The notes under the pieces were generated by a model, which did no database searches, had not been told where the DNA came from, and worked only from the letters and a program-made list of their open reading frames with translations. Below, piece after piece: positions 22,297 through 33,235 of a DNA stretch of 64,000 bases (position 1 is the first letter of the stretch; each line of letters begins with the position of its first letter). The stretch comes from a virus (Duplodnaviria; Heunggongvirae; Uroviricota; Caudoviricetes), in the IMG/VR virus record IMGVR_UViG_2778261540_000003. One strand, 5' to 3'. The position numbers and the translations under genes were made by a program.

Positions 22297-22569
22297 TTGT
22301 ATATGTTGCATAGAGTTTTATGGAAAAGCGTTATTGTCGGCGCGATACTGGCTATATCTGGGTGTGCAATGGTGCAATACAACGACGGTGAAAAGGTAAG
22401 CATACAGTCAGATGGTTGGTATGGCCTGGATAGCCTGCAAAAAACCGCAGATAAAGCCTGTCAGCAATATGGGAAGTCTAAAGCAGTATATCAGCATAGC
22501 GCGAACGCTAACCCTAATCTTGCGCCCGGTTCGGGTGTTCAGAATACCATCTGGAAATGTGAGCCTTAA
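22297..22569 (+). CDS. Small lipoprotein
   Basis: signal peptide with lipobox ISGC. Confidence 0.5.
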   Translation: MYMLHRVLWKSVIVGAILAISGCAMVQYNDGEKVSIQSDGWYGLDSLQKTADKACQQYGKSKAVYQHSANANPNLAPGSGVQNTIWKCEP

Positions 22570-22571
22570 AT

Positions 22572-22811
22572 ATGAGCGACTGGAATATTGCAGCTAAAAG
22601 TCAGGAAGAACGGGATAAGGTTAACGTTGATCTGGCTGCCAGCGGTGTGGCGTACAAAGAGCGATTGAACATACCTGTCATAGCTGAACAGGTAGCCCGC
22701 GAGCAACCAGAGAATCTGCGCACCTATTTCATGGAACGGTTACGGCACTATCGGCAGTTAAGCCTCCAGTTGCCAAAAGGGAACGATCCGGCATATCAGA
22801 AAACAGAATAG
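22572..22811 (+). CDS. hot: Homolog of DNA polymerase III theta subunit (P1 Hot)
   Basis: 79 aa; [43 protein letters not shown] closely parallels E. coli HolE. Confidence 0.85.
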   Translation: MSDWNIAAKSQEERDKVNVDLAASGVAYKERLNIPVIAEQVAREQPENLRTYFMERLRHYRQLSLQLPKGNDPAYQKTE

Positions 22812-22822
22812 TTGTTAGGCTA

Positions 22823-23185
22823 TTACGCAATGCCCGCGCCATTCTTAGCGGGTTTTAAGCCATATTCACCGTTGTAGAAATTACTCATGTTCCATTCATT
22901 GGGAAGCTCTTTTCTGTCCAATGTATAGTGGCGCACGATATAACGATCTTCATCTTCTTCGATGGACAGGCGGACATAGCCAATGTGAATTACCGATACG
23001 GGCGGTGTTCGTATTGCATAGATGTCGCGAAGATATACCGGTAGCTCGACAAATGCATCAGGTGCATCTGTGATGCTCGTTTTTTCACAGTATTCATATA
23101 ACGCATCGTTGATATCGTTAAGAGATTCATGATCGTATATTTCCAGGTAATTACCGCGATCGCGATGGTACTCGATTTTAGCCAT
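22823..23185 (-). CDS. Hypothetical protein
   Basis: 120-aa ORF. Confidence 0.5.
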   Translation of the reverse strand: MAKIEYHRDRGNYLEIYDHESLNDINDALYEYCEKTSITDAPDAFVELPVYLRDIYAIRTPPVSVIHIGYVRLSIEEDEDRYIVRHYTLDRKELPNEWNMSNFYNGEYGLKPAKNGAGIA

Positions 23186-23770
23186 TCAAAATCCCCTGTT
23201 ATCGTTTTGCATTTCTCTAATCCGGTTCAGAACTACTTCATGCTGGACTTGGATAGCGGCTTTTTCGTTTTCAAGCCGGGCAATAGACATCTCTAATTCT
23301 TTGCTGTACCAGGCGAGCTGGGCCAGGTTCATCCGGTTGTGGTCGAGAGTTGGAGACACTTCGACGCGATCCCTTTCTTCCTGCTTTAATGAGAAGAGAT
23401 TTATCTCATCCCTTGAGGAAAATTCAGCAACAATTTCTTGTTGATGATCCGGTCGCTGCGGCATCCTCGCCAGTATAAATGGCGGTTCTTTTGAAAACAT
23501 GAATGTCGGTTCAGACCGTGTTTTTACCCAGCTTGCCTGCTGTCTTTCGGCAAGTTCACAGGCTTCATCATAGTTATCTGCCAAACAAAGCACGGATGGA
23601 CGGTCCCACGCCCCACCATTCAGACAATAAACTACAATTTTCCCGTCAGGTTGTGTAACCCCATATGGATGGTCCCACCAGGCGTCCAGCTGAGCTTTAG
23701 AGCGTTTCTCGTTAGGAGTGCAGTCAAAATTTTTGGGCAATACAGGATCGAGAGGAATGCGGGCAGGCAT
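23186..23770 (-). CDS. Hypothetical protein, divergent from humD across a LexA box
   Basis: 194-aa ORF. Confidence 0.55.
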   Translation of the reverse strand: MPARIPLDPVLPKNFDCTPNEKRSKAQLDAWWDHPYGVTQPDGKIVVYCLNGGAWDRPSVLCLADNYDEACELAERQQASWVKTRSEPTFMFSKEPPFILARMPQRPDHQQEIVAEFSSRDEINLFSLKQEERDRVEVSPTLDHNRMNLAQLAWYSKELEMSIARLENEKAAIQVQHEVVLNRIREMQNDNRGF

Positions 23771-23907
23771 AGCTAATTCCTTATTAACTGATTGGCAACG
23801 AGGTTACGCTGATCCGTTGGTGATGAATAGTAGCAAAGAGCACAAAATCATCAGCGGTGGTTGATGTACGTAACGCGTTTGCACCAAAGGTGTCTCTTTA
23901 ATGTATA

Positions 23908-23923
23908 CTGTATAAATGAACAG
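23908..23923. promoter_or_regulatory. LexA (SOS) box
   Basis: CTGTATAAATGAACAG = CTGT-N8-ACAG, about 20 nt upstream of humD start. Confidence 0.75.
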
Positions 23924-23944
23924 TATTATTGAGGTGAAAACGCT

Positions 23945-24334
23945 ATGGGCTTCCCTTCTCCTGCGGCGGATTATGTTGAAAGCCGAATTTCTCTTGATCA
24001 GCAACTAATCAGGCATCCATCAGCAACCTACTTCATGCGGGCAGCTGATAGCCATCACCGTGAGGGAATATTGCAGGGTGCTTTGCTGGTGGTTGATTCC
24101 TCGCTTACTCCGGTTGATGGTTCTCTGCTTGTGTGCGCTATGGAGGGTGAATATCGCATAAAGAGATACAGGAAGTATCCGCGCCAGCACCTGGAGGATT
24201 TAAGCACCGGGAAGAAAGAGGCGTTACCAGTAGATGACGATGGATACACGGGCAGTAATGCTGTTTTTGGTGTGATCACTCATGTCATCAATGATGCCAG
24301 AAGTGGGGAGTTTGATGATTGTCCGGTTATTTAA
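23945..24334 (+). CDS. humD: UmuD-prime-like SOS mutagenesis protein (P1 HumD)
   Basis: 129 aa, recognised as P1 HumD; LexA box upstream. Confidence 0.9.
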   Translation: MGFPSPAADYVESRISLDQQLIRHPSATYFMRAADSHHREGILQGALLVVDSSLTPVDGSLLVCAMEGEYRIKRYRKYPRQHLEDLSTGKKEALPVDDDGYTGSNAVFGVITHVINDARSGEFDDCPVI

Positions 24335-24400
24335 GCTGCAAAGGGCTGGTGCTTTATGCCTGTGAAGTTTATAATTGTGTACACATAACGAGTACACGAG

Positions 24401-24628
24401 GTGTTTATGCAATCCATTAACTTCCGTACCGCGCGTGGCAACCTTTCTGAAGTGCTCAACAATGTTGAAGCCGGGGAAGAGGTTGAAATCACCCGCAGAG
24501 GCCGTGAGCCAGCAGTAATTGTCAGCAAGGCTACTTTCGAAGCCTACAAAAAAGCGGCGCTGGATGCTGAATTTGCATCCCTGTTTGACACCCTGGACTC
24601 CACCAACAAGGAACTGGTTAACCGATAA
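24401..24628 (+). CDS. phd: Antitoxin Phd (prevent host death)
   Basis: 73 aa [39 protein letters not shown]..., recognised as P1 Phd. Confidence 0.95.
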
Positions 24629-25008
24629 TGAGGCATATATCACCGGAAGAACTTATTGCGCTTCATGATGCGAATATAAGCCGCTACGGCGGCCTGCCGG
24701 GAATGTCTGATCCGGGTAGGGCAGAGGCCATTATCGGGAGAGTTCAGGCCAGAGTTGCCTACGAAGAGATCACCGACCTTTTCGAAGTCTCTGCCACCTA
24801 CCTGGTGGCTACAGCGAGAGGGCATATATTCAATGATGCCAATAAGCGTACCGCGCTAAACAGTGCGCTGCTATTTCTACGCCGTAACGGGGTGCAGGTA
24901 TTTGATTCACCTGAACTGGCAGACCTTACCGTAGGCGCTGCGACTGGCGAGATATCTGTATCTTCTGTCGCCGACACGTTACGTAGATTGTATGGTTCTG
25001 CGGAGTAG
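24628..25008 (+). CDS. doc: Toxin Doc (death on curing), Fic-fold kinase
   Basis: 126 aa, recognised as P1 Doc; start overlaps phd stop. Confidence 0.95.
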
Positions 25009-25219
25009 ATTAATGGCACGCAAATACAACAAGTTGTCCCGTGAAGCGTTAAAGATGCTTCTTGATGGCGTGAGTCGCCGCAAGGTAAAGCAATACCTGG
25101 TTGGTAAGCAAATTGGTGCCAGGACAGCTATTGCTGTGTTATGCCGTCAGGAAATGGTTGTGCTTAAACAGAGAATGCCGGGCAGCAGATAAAGCCCAAT
25201 CAGTGATTAAAGGTGTGAT

Positions 25220-26263
25220 GTGAAAGCCGTAATTACTCCATTTGTACAGAAAGAGCTTGGCCTCGCCACGTTCAAAGTGGATCAGGAGGTCAGAAAGCTG
25301 GTGGAGGCTGGCCGTAAATTTATTATGGAGCCGGTGCCGCGTGAGTTAATCGAGCACATGGAAGACGGCCTCGTTGTTACCGAGCAAACCATGGCAACAA
25401 ATGAGGCGTTGCAGCCGTTTTTTAACAGCGATGAACTGTTTCGCCGTATTGGTGGAATTGACGCGCTGGTGGCGTGGTTGCGTAGGAAAGAGGGTCAATG
25501 CCAGGCCGCAGATCGTAGTTGGTGTGACAACCATATTGTCCACGCTGAACGAGACAATAGCGCGGTGTTGTTGTGCTGGCATCACGATAACCATTACCGG
25601 ATGCGTGGTTTTAATGAGCTGAAAGAAACGCTGCACAATAATCGCGTTAACTGGATACTGGATGTCGCCCGTCAGGAAATGGGCCTTTCAAATAGCCATG
25701 ATTTAAGTATTCAGGAGCTGTGCTGGTGGGCTTTCATGCGCAACATGATGCACCTGATGCCGGAAGAAGTCTGCCGCATATCAATAAATAAGATGAAGGC
25801 TACTCCGCAGGATAGCGGACCTCTGAAAGAGGCGGATATTCGCCCGTATGACGATCGCGCTACAGCATATGTTCAGATGATGGAAGAACGCGCCGCGCCG
25901 ATGCGTGCAAAAGTATGCCCTGTGGATGTTGACTCCGACCCTGGCATGGCGCATTTCAAAATACCAAAACTGCAATCGCTAAAATTACCTGAGTACATGG
26001 ACTTTGTTGCTTCCCGTCCATGCTGTGGGTGTGGAGCTGCGGGAGCTGGCGCTCACATTACGCCTTATATCGTTCGTCATAGTCGATTATGCGCGCATGA
26101 CATTTACGCAATTCCTCTGTGCCAGTCATGCCAGCGTGATATTGAGCGTGACCGCGATAATTGGGAGAAGACGCACGGTAGGTTGGCGATGCATCAACGA
26201 TTGTTCTTTGATTACGCGCTTGGAGTGGGCGTTATCACAAGTCATTCGTCGAGTGTTAGATAA
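25220..26263 (+). CDS. Hypothetical Cys-rich protein (position of P1 pdcB)
   Basis: 347-aa ORF downstream of doc; CCGCG and CQSC motifs. Confidence 0.6.
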   Translation: MKAVITPFVQKELGLATFKVDQEVRKLVEAGRKFIMEPVPRELIEHMEDGLVVTEQTMATNEALQPFFNSDELFRRIGGIDALVAWLRRKEGQCQAADRSWCDNHIVHAERDNSAVLLCWHHDNHYRMRGFNELKETLHNNRVNWILDVARQEMGLSNSHDLSIQELCWWAFMRNMMHLMPEEVCRISINKMKATPQDSGPLKEADIRPYDDRATAYVQMMEERAAPMRAKVCPVDVDSDPGMAHFKIPKLQSLKLPEYMDFVASRPCCGCGAAGAGAHITPYIVRHSRLCAHDIYAIPLCQSCQRDIERDRDNWEKTHGRLAMHQRLFFDYALGVGVITSHSSSVR

Positions 26264-26264
26264 A

Positions 26265-26281
26265 ATTGCTCTAATGTATTG
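26265..26281 (+). promoter_or_regulatory. C1 repressor operator upstream of lpa
   Basis: ATTGCTCTAATGTATTG. Confidence 0.6.
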
Positions 26282-26351
26282 CTATTTCTTTAATCGAGGG
26301 TATTATATTCCACGTTGATTAGTTGACATGGGCTAATCAGTAGGTGACAGG

Positions 26352-26804
26352 ATGTTACTTAACTGGCAGGGACGCCACTTCATGGAAATAAATCACTCAC
26401 GAATAACATCGTACGAGATTGCGGATTACATGATCCGCACTAAATCTCTTCTATCAGCGAAAGAACTCGCAGCAATTCTTGAAAAGGAATACCCGCATCT
26501 GGATGTCGATAAGCGCGATGTTTATCTGCGCTTAAAGGCTATCGCTGTGTCTAAGTATTCGTCTGTTTTGATAGATGACAGTACACGCCCACGTAGATTT
26601 CAGATCCACTCTCTGAATCCTGAATTCTTTCGCCGTAGCCGCGCTCCGCGCCGGTTTGATGAAAAACTCCAGAACGAACTCTATATGACGCAGGACGAAA
26701 AGGAACGCCGGGAGCACCAGCCTTGGGTAATGGCGCGTCAACTTTTCAATAAGGTGGCCCGTCAGCACCGTCATTACGGTAATGCCACATCCGCACGTAT
26801 CTGA
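26352..26804 (+). CDS. lpa: Late promoter activator (P1 Lpa, gene 10) candidate
   Basis: 150-aa ORF between doc region and pacA, preceded by a C1 operator as expected for lpa; assigned by position and size. Confidence 0.65.
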   Translation: MLLNWQGRHFMEINHSRITSYEIADYMIRTKSLLSAKELAAILEKEYPHLDVDKRDVYLRLKAIAVSKYSSVLIDDSTRPRRFQIHSLNPEFFRRSRAPRRFDEKLQNELYMTQDEKERREHQPWVMARQLFNKVARQHRHYGNATSARI

Positions 26805-26889
26805 TTGATTGCTTGCCCGTTCCGGGCCTTTTGACATGTGACTTTCGTTACCCTCGCGTCAAAAAGAGTTTTTACGAAAGGAAGCATAA

Positions 26890-28083
26890 GTGACCTGGGA
26901 CGATCACAAGAAGAATTTTGCTCGCCTGGCGCGAGATGGTGGTTACACCATCGCACAGTATGCCGCCGAGTTTAATCTTAACCCTAATACCGCACGTCGT
27001 TATCTCCGTGCCTTCAAAGAAGACACCAGGACTACGGACAGCCGCAAGCCAAATAAGCCAGTCAGGAAGCCACTAAAAAGCATGATCATTGATCACTCTA
27101 ATGATCAACATGCAGGTGATCACATTTCGGCTGAAATAGCGGAAAAACAAAGAGTTAATGCCGTTGTCAGTGCCGCAGTCGAGAATGCGAAGCGCCAAAA
27201 TAAGCGCATAAATGATCGTTCAGATGATCATGACGTGATCACCCGCGCCCACCGGACCTTACGTGATCGCCTGGAACGCGACACCCTGGATGATGATGGT
27301 GAACGCTTTGAATTCGAAGCTGGCGATTACCTGATAGATAACGTTGAAGCGCGGAAGGCCGCGCGCGCTATGTTGCGTCGGTCCGGGGCCGATGTTCTGG
27401 AAACCACTCTTCTGGAAAAGTCTCTTTCTCATCTCCTTATGCTGGAGAACGCCAGGGATACGTGTATTCGCCTAGTGCAGGAAATGCGCGATCAGCAAAA
27501 AGACGATGATGAAGGTACTCCGCCTGAATACCGTATCGCGAGCATGCTAAACAGCTGTTCCGCGCAGATAAGCAGCCTGATCAACACCATTTACAGCATC
27601 CGGAATAACTATCGAAAAGAAAGCCGGGAGGCGGAAAAGCACGCTTTATCTATGGGGCAAGCTGGCATTGTTAAGCTGGCATACGAACGAAAGCGTGAAA
27701 ATAACTGGTCAGTGCTGGAAGCGGCTGAATTCATCGAGGCGCATGGAGGAAAAGTGCCTCCCCTGATGCTGGAGCAAATCAAAGCCGATCTGCGTGCTCC
27801 TAAGACCAATACCGATGATGAGGAAAACCAAACAGCATCTGGCGCTCCATCACTTGAAGATCTGGATAAAATCGCGCGAGAACGGGCCGCCAGCCGCCGC
27901 GCTGATGCCGCATTGTGGATTGAGCATCGTAGAGAAGAAATTGCCGATATCGTCGATACAGGTGGTTATGGTGATGTCGATGCGGAAGGCATATCAAACG
28001 AAGCATGGCTTGAACAGGATCTGGACGAAGACGAGGAGGAAGACGAAGAAGTTACCCGCAAACTGTACGGGGATGATGATTAA
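26890..28083 (+). CDS. pacA: Terminase small subunit PacA
   Basis: 397 aa, GTG start; contains the pac site; acidic C-terminus. Confidence 0.88.
27083..27241 (+). other. pac packaging site: 4 + 3 hexamer repeats TGATCA/G containing Dam GATC sites
   Basis: TGATCA at about 27083, 27090, 27102, 27117 and TGATCG/TGATCA at about 27213, 27225, 27236. Confidence 0.85.
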
Positions 28084-29567
28084 TGGCCAGAAGTTGCGTA
28101 ACGGACCCACGTTGGCGCGAGCTTGTGGCGCTATATCGTTATGACTGGATTGCGGCCGCTGATGTGTTGTTTGGGAAGACACCAACCTGGCAGCAGGATG
28201 AGATCATTGAGTCCACGCAGCAGGACGGCAGTTGGACAAGTGTGACCTCCGGCCATGGTACTGGTAAATCGGATATGACGAGTATCATTGCAATACTCTT
28301 CATCATGTTTTTCCCCGGCGCTCGCGTCATTCTGGTCGCTAACAAAAGACAGCAAGTCCTTGATGGTATTTTCAAATACATAAAGAGCAATTGGGCTACT
28401 GCTGTTAGCAGATTCCCGTGGTTGTCAAAGTATTTCATTCTTACAGAAACGTCTTTTTTTGAGGTGACTGGCAAGGGTGTTTGGACAATATTGATAAAGT
28501 CCTGTCGCCCCGGGAATGAGGAGGCGTTGGCTGGTGAACACGCCGATCATCTCTTGTATATCATCGACGAAGCGTCGGGTGTGAGTGATAAAGCATTCAG
28601 TGTGATAACAGGTGCGCTGACCGGTAAGGATAACCGTATTCTGCTTCTTTCCCAGCCTACGCGACCTTCAGGCTATTTCTACGATTCACACCACAGACTA
28701 GCTATTCGCCCGGGAAATCCTGATGGATTGTTTACTGCGATAATACTGAATAGTGAAGAATCTCCGCTTGTAGATGCAAAATTTATACGAGCAAAACTTG
28801 CGGAGTATGGCGGTCGTGATAACCCCATGTACATGATCAAAGTACGTGGTGAATTTCCCAAATCTCAAGATGGCTTTCTTCTTGGTCGTGATGAGGTTGA
28901 GCGGGCGACGCGGCGAAAGGTCAAGATTGCCAAAGGATGGGGCTGGGTTGCATGTGTTGACGTTGCTGGTGGCACAGGACGAGATAAGTCCGTTATTAAT
29001 ATCATGATGGTGTCCGGCCAGCGAAATAAACGCCGTGTAATCAACTATCGTATGCTGGAATACACAGACGTTACAGAAACGCAGTTAGCCGCCAAGATTT
29101 TCGCAGAATGTAACCCAGAACGGTTCCCGAACATAACCATAGCTATTGATGGCGATGGCTTGGGGAAATCGACGGCTGATCTAATGTACGAACGCTATGG
29201 CATTACCGTCCAGCGTATCCGCTGGGGTAAAAAGATGCACAGCCGTGAAGATAAAAGCCTTTATTTCGATATGCGCGCTTTCGCGAATATTCAGGCGGCA
29301 GAAGCTGTAAAATCAGGGCGTATGAGGCTTGATAAGGGGGCTGCGACTATAGAGGAAGCATCAAAGATACCGGTAGGGATAAATTCCGCAGGTCAATGGA
29401 AGGTGATGTCAAAGGAAGATATGAAGAAAAAACTCAACCTGCACTCACCGGACCATTGGGATACATATTGTTTCGCTATGTTGGCGAACTATGTTCCCCA
29501 GGATGAAGTGCTTAGCGTCGAAGACGAAGCGCAGGTTGATGAAGCTCTGGCATGGCTTAATGAATAA
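28083..29567 (+). CDS. pacB: Terminase large subunit PacB
   Basis: 494 aa; Walker A GHGTGKS, Walker [11 protein letters not shown]. Confidence 0.9.
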
Positions 29568-29591
29568 CTCATTAACCATGCCGGATAGAAA

Positions 29592-30443
29592 CTATTGCGC
29601 GCTTTCGGGGTTGTCGTTTACTGGCTGCCCCTTCTTAGTTTTACGGCTGCGCGTAACTGATGCGGCTGATTTGACCTTTTTCTCTTCGCGAGTGATGGCA
29701 ATTTGTTTTTTTACATTTTCAATATCTGCCAGGCGATATATTTTTGCCTGCGGCCAGCGGTCGCAGATGATCGGTTCTATAGAGTCATAAAGGCTAAATT
29801 TTGCTTTCTCGAATTCACCGTTGATGATGATTCCATCACGGAGAGTTTCATCGCAGATAAACACACCACACAGCGGCACATGGTAACTAACTGATTTACC
29901 ATCATTGTAGTTAGGGCTACTGGAAATGTAATGGACGCGCAGCATTGTTTCGCTAAAGCCGTGTACACGCATACGGAATTTTTCATCCTCCGGGTACTGC
30001 TTCATTAGCTCTTTTGTTGCTTCCAGGTTCTCTATGTATTTCGCACTGTGCTCATTGATCCCCGCGCTTTTCTGGATGCGAATGTCCTTATCAATCAGAT
30101 GAATAATGCGGCCAGCGGTCATGTTGACGCTGTTCACAGCTTCTGTCTGATAAGTTGTAACCTTACGCACACCGCGAAGGATGTTAGGCACTGGATATAA
30201 AATAGTCTTTGGGATATTGAGGTCTGGGTACTGTTCCAGTTCTCGCGCCATTAAAGTCCATTTATCAATTTCAGCCTGAATGCTGTCCGTTTCTTTGAAC
30301 GGCAGAACGACAACCGGGCGTACAGGACGACCGTCGCTGGCGGCATCAACGTGTTGGGCGCGTGCAACAGCTTTTTTTAGAAAGAGATCCCTGAAGCTGA
30401 CGAACTCCTGGTACAGTTGTTCGCCGTAGACATAATTTATCAT
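29592..30443 (-). CDS. c1: C1 repressor of lytic functions
   Basis: 283 aa beginning MINYVYGEQLYQEFVSFRDLF, recognised as P1 C1. Confidence 0.95.
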   Translation of the reverse strand: MINYVYGEQLYQEFVSFRDLFLKKAVARAQHVDAASDGRPVRPVVVLPFKETDSIQAEIDKWTLMARELEQYPDLNIPKTILYPVPNILRGVRKVTTYQTEAVNSVNMTAGRIIHLIDKDIRIQKSAGINEHSAKYIENLEATKELMKQYPEDEKFRMRVHGFSETMLRVHYISSSPNYNDGKSVSYHVPLCGVFICDETLRDGIIINGEFEKAKFSLYDSIEPIICDRWPQAKIYRLADIENVKKQIAITREEKKVKSAASVTRSRKTKKGQPVNDNPESAQ

Positions 30444-30537
30444 TGATCCTCCTCCAGAATTGACATGGCCAACAACTCACAGCGGATTACACTGGGAGTT
30501 GTTGGCCACCATTATAGAAGGATCCAACGAAAATAAT

Positions 30538-30554
30538 AGATTTATTAGTGCATT
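30538..30554 (-). promoter_or_regulatory. C1 operator-like site between coi and c1
   Basis: reverse complement AATGCACTAATAAATCT (14/17 to consensus). Confidence 0.45.
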
Positions 30555-30763
30555 TATTGTGAGTCTGGCTGGTTAGTGGCCATGAGATATTCGATTGTGT
30601 CAGTGAGATCATCCAGGTCGTCTTGGGTGATGCGGTACTCCTGATTGGATATCTTTGAGTAGTGTTCAGCAATGGCGCGGGCAGCGTCGGTTTCGGCAGG
30701 GTCTACAGATAAAGCGTTAGAGCAATGTCTAACGTCGTCGATGGTTGGTGGAATGAAAGCCAT
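30554..30763 (-). CDS. coi: C1 inactivator Coi
   Basis: 69-aa acidic protein immediately upstream of c1 on the same strand. Confidence 0.75.
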   Translation of the reverse strand: MAFIPPTIDDVRHCSNALSVDPAETDAARAIAEHYSKISNQEYRITQDDLDDLTDTIEYLMATNQPDSQ

Positions 30764-31001
30764 AATTATGCCTCACTGTATTGACAACACAGAGCCTGAA
30801 GCTCTGACCTACTGTTTCACCCATGATCCATGCTGGGGTAATCTAACAACATTGCGCTGTGTGTAAGATGAGCAATGCATAGCTGTAATGCCGTTGTATA
30901 AGGTTTCCCTGTTTGCTCATTTCCTTCTGAGCCGCTCTACAACGCTGAAGACACATTAAATAGTGAATCCAAAGTCGTATTACGAAACGGCGGCAAAACT
31001 A

Positions 31002-31018
31002 TAATTTATTAGAGCAAT
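31002..31018 (-). promoter_or_regulatory. C1 repressor operator
   Basis: reverse complement ATTGCTCTAATAAATTA (16/17). Confidence 0.6.
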
Positions 31019-31084
31019 TGTCAAACAACAATGAAAAACAATCCAGTTTTTGGCTGGTGGAGTGGGATTTTTCTCTCAAAATTT

Positions 31085-31101
31085 ATTGCTCTAATAATTC
31101 T
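31085..31101 (+). promoter_or_regulatory. C1 repressor operator
   Basis: ATTGCTCTAATAATTCT. Confidence 0.6.
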
Positions 31102-31144
31102 TGATTTTTATGCGCAGCTGGACGTAAACTCCTCTTCGGACCTA

Positions 31145-31178
31145 ATAACTTCGTATAGCATACATTATACGAAGTTAT
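31145..31178. other. loxP site-specific recombination site
   Basis: exact ATAACTTCGTATA-GCATACAT-TATACGAAGTTAT. Confidence 0.98.
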
Positions 31179-31596
31179 CTTAAGGGTTATTGAACATGAT
31201 CAATTTACCTGTAAATCCATACAGTTCAATACCTTATCAGGTTAAATAGTGATCACTTGATCATTTGATCAAGGTTGCGCTACGTAAAATCTGCGAAATG
31301 TTGGCAGTGTTAGTGCTCCAGATTTCGCGTAGCGCACTTAGCACCACCAATCAATCAGAGGTGAAAAATGGGATATTCAGCTGCTAAAGTGTCCACTCAT
31401 CTTGAGCTTGAGAAAAACCGTGGTTACTGGCGGGCAAAAGGGTTTGATCGTGATAGTTGCCAACTGTCATTATCGCGCGGTGAAGAGAAAATAGAACGCA
31501 CGCGCGGTCGCTGGCGTTTCTATGACGAGAACCATAAACAGGTAAAGGCAGAGCCAATCCTGTACACTTTACTTAAAACTATTATCTGAGTGTTAA

Positions 31597-32628
31597 ATGT
31601 CCAATTTACTGACCGTACACCAAAATTTGCCTGCATTACCGGTCGATGCAACGAGTGATGAGGTTCGCAAGAACCTGATGGACATGTTCAGGGATCGCCA
31701 GGCGTTTTCTGAGCATACCTGGAAAATGCTTCTGTCCGTTTGCCGGTCGTGGGCGGCATGGTGCAAGTTGAATAACCGGAAATGGTTTCCCGCAGAACCT
31801 GAAGATGTTCGCGATTATCTTCTATATCTTCAGGCGCGCGGTCTGGCAGTAAAAACTATCCAGCAACATTTGGGCCAGCTAAACATGCTTCATCGTCGGT
31901 CCGGGCTGCCACGACCAAGTGACAGCAATGCTGTTTCACTGGTTATGCGGCGGATCCGAAAAGAAAACGTTGATGCCGGTGAACGTGCAAAACAGGCTCT
32001 AGCGTTCGAACGCACTGATTTCGACCAGGTTCGTTCACTCATGGAAAATAGCGATCGCTGCCAGGATATACGTAATCTGGCATTTCTGGGGATTGCTTAT
32101 AACACCCTGTTACGTATAGCCGAAATTGCCAGGATCAGGGTTAAAGATATCTCACGTACTGACGGTGGGAGAATGTTAATCCATATTGGCAGAACGAAAA
32201 CGCTGGTTAGTACCGCAGGTGTAGAGAAGGCACTTAGCCTGGGGGTAACTAAACTGGTCGAGCGATGGATTTCCGTCTCTGGTGTAGCTGATGATCCGAA
32301 TAACTACCTGTTTTGCCGGGTCAGAAAAAATGGTGTTGCCGCGCCATCATCCACCAGCCAGCTATCAACTCGCGCCTTGGAAGGGATTTTTGAAGCAACT
32401 CACCGATTGATTTACGGGGCAAAAGATGACTCTGGTCAGCGATACCTGGCCTGGTCTGGACATAGTGCCCGTGTCGGTGCCGCGCGAGATATGGCCCGCG
32501 CCGGAGTTTCAATACCGGAGATCATGCAAGCTGGTGGCTGGACCAACGTAAATATTGTCATGAACTACATTCGTAACCTGGATAGTGAAACGGGGGCAAT
32601 GGTGCGTCTGCTGGAAGATGGCGACTAG
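31597..32628 (+). CDS. cre: Cre tyrosine recombinase
   Basis: 343 aa beginning MSNLLTVHQNLPALPVDATSDEVRKNLMDMFRDRQAFSEHTWKMLLSVCRSWAAWCKLNNRKWFPAEPEDVRDYLLYLQARGLAVKTIQQHLGQLNMLHRRSGLPRPSDSNAVSLVMRRIRKENVDAGERAKQALAFERTDFDQVRSLMENSDRCQDIRNLAFLGIAYNTLLRIAEIARIRVKDISRTDGGRMLIHIGRTKTLVSTAGVEKALSLGVTKLVERWISVSGVADDPNNYLFCRVRKNGVAAPS. Confidence 0.97.
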   Translation: MSNLLTVHQNLPALPVDATSDEVRKNLMDMFRDRQAFSEHTWKMLLSVCRSWAAWCKLNNRKWFPAEPEDVRDYLLYLQARGLAVKTIQQHLGQLNMLHRRSGLPRPSDSNAVSLVMRRIRKENVDAGERAKQALAFERTDFDQVRSLMENSDRCQDIRNLAFLGIAYNTLLRIAEIARIRVKDISRTDGGRMLIHIGRTKTLVSTAGVEKALSLGVTKLVERWISVSGVADDPNNYLFCRVRKNGVAAPSSTSQLSTRALEGIFEATHRLIYGAKDDSGQRYLAWSGHSARVGAARDMARAGVSIPEIMQAGGWTNVNIVMNYIRNLDSETGAMVRLLEDGD

Positions 32629-32645
32629 CCGTTTATTTACGCTTG

Positions 32646-32662
32646 ATTGCTCTAATTATTTG
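32646..32662 (+). promoter_or_regulatory. C1 repressor operator
   Basis: ATTGCTCTAATTATTTG. Confidence 0.55.
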
Positions 32663-32678
32663 ATATTTATGGTGACAC

Positions 32679-32990
32679 ATGCGGAAGGATTTCAAAATAG
32701 ACGGAAAATATGTGGTGCTGTCTGTAAGCTCTCAAATTCAGTCACCATCTGTCATTGTCACCGTAAAGTTGAGCGATAGGATGCCTGATATCGACTCGAT
32801 ATCTGTTGCGTTCCCCGTTAAAAGCATGCGGAGTGCTGAACATTTTGTGATGAATGCAACGGAGGAGGAAGCGCGGCGCGGGCTTACTAGAGTGATGGCG
32901 GAATTTGGCGAACTCCTGGGTAAGGTAAACAATGCCCTTTCAATCAGTTCAGCAAGATCCAAAGCGTTAACAGCTTCCATGATGAAATAA
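32679..32990 (+). CDS. cra: Cre-associated function protein candidate
   Basis: 103-aa ORF directly downstream of cre; assigned by position. Confidence 0.6.
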   Translation: MRKDFKIDGKYVVLSVSSQIQSPSVIVTVKLSDRMPDIDSISVAFPVKSMRSAEHFVMNATEEEARRGLTRVMAEFGELLGKVNNALSISSARSKALTASMMK

Positions 32991-33120
32991 AAAAGCCTGG
33001 CAAGGAGCCAGGCTGCACAAAAGAGCGGGTTTGTATTCCGCATCCAATCAATCAAGAAGGAGTATAGCACACAGGTACTGAAGTGAAAAAATGTGATTCG
33101 CGATAAATAAAATATCTACC

Positions 33121-33137
33121 ATTGCTCTAATTGATTG
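33121..33137 (+). promoter_or_regulatory. C1 repressor operator upstream of ref
   Basis: ATTGCTCTAATTGATTG. Confidence 0.6.
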
Positions 33138-33204
33138 CTATAATTGAGCCGCAGTTTTTGTCAACTACGAAGACGTTGCCATTACTTCACTCCTTGACAT
33201 CATT

Positions 33205-33230
33205 GGCGGCCATTAGGCCGCCTTTTTTTT
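33205..33230 (+). terminator. Rho-independent terminator
   Basis: ggcggcc-atta-ggccgcc followed by T8, just upstream of the ref start codon. Confidence 0.7.
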
Positions 33231-33235
33231 GCCAT

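Noticed and set aside
31368-31589. 73-aa ORF between loxP and cre
   Set aside because: It overlaps the cre promoter and leader region and ends a few bases before cre; I do not recall a gene here in P1 and see no motif, so I did not call it, though a small regulatory peptide cannot be excluded
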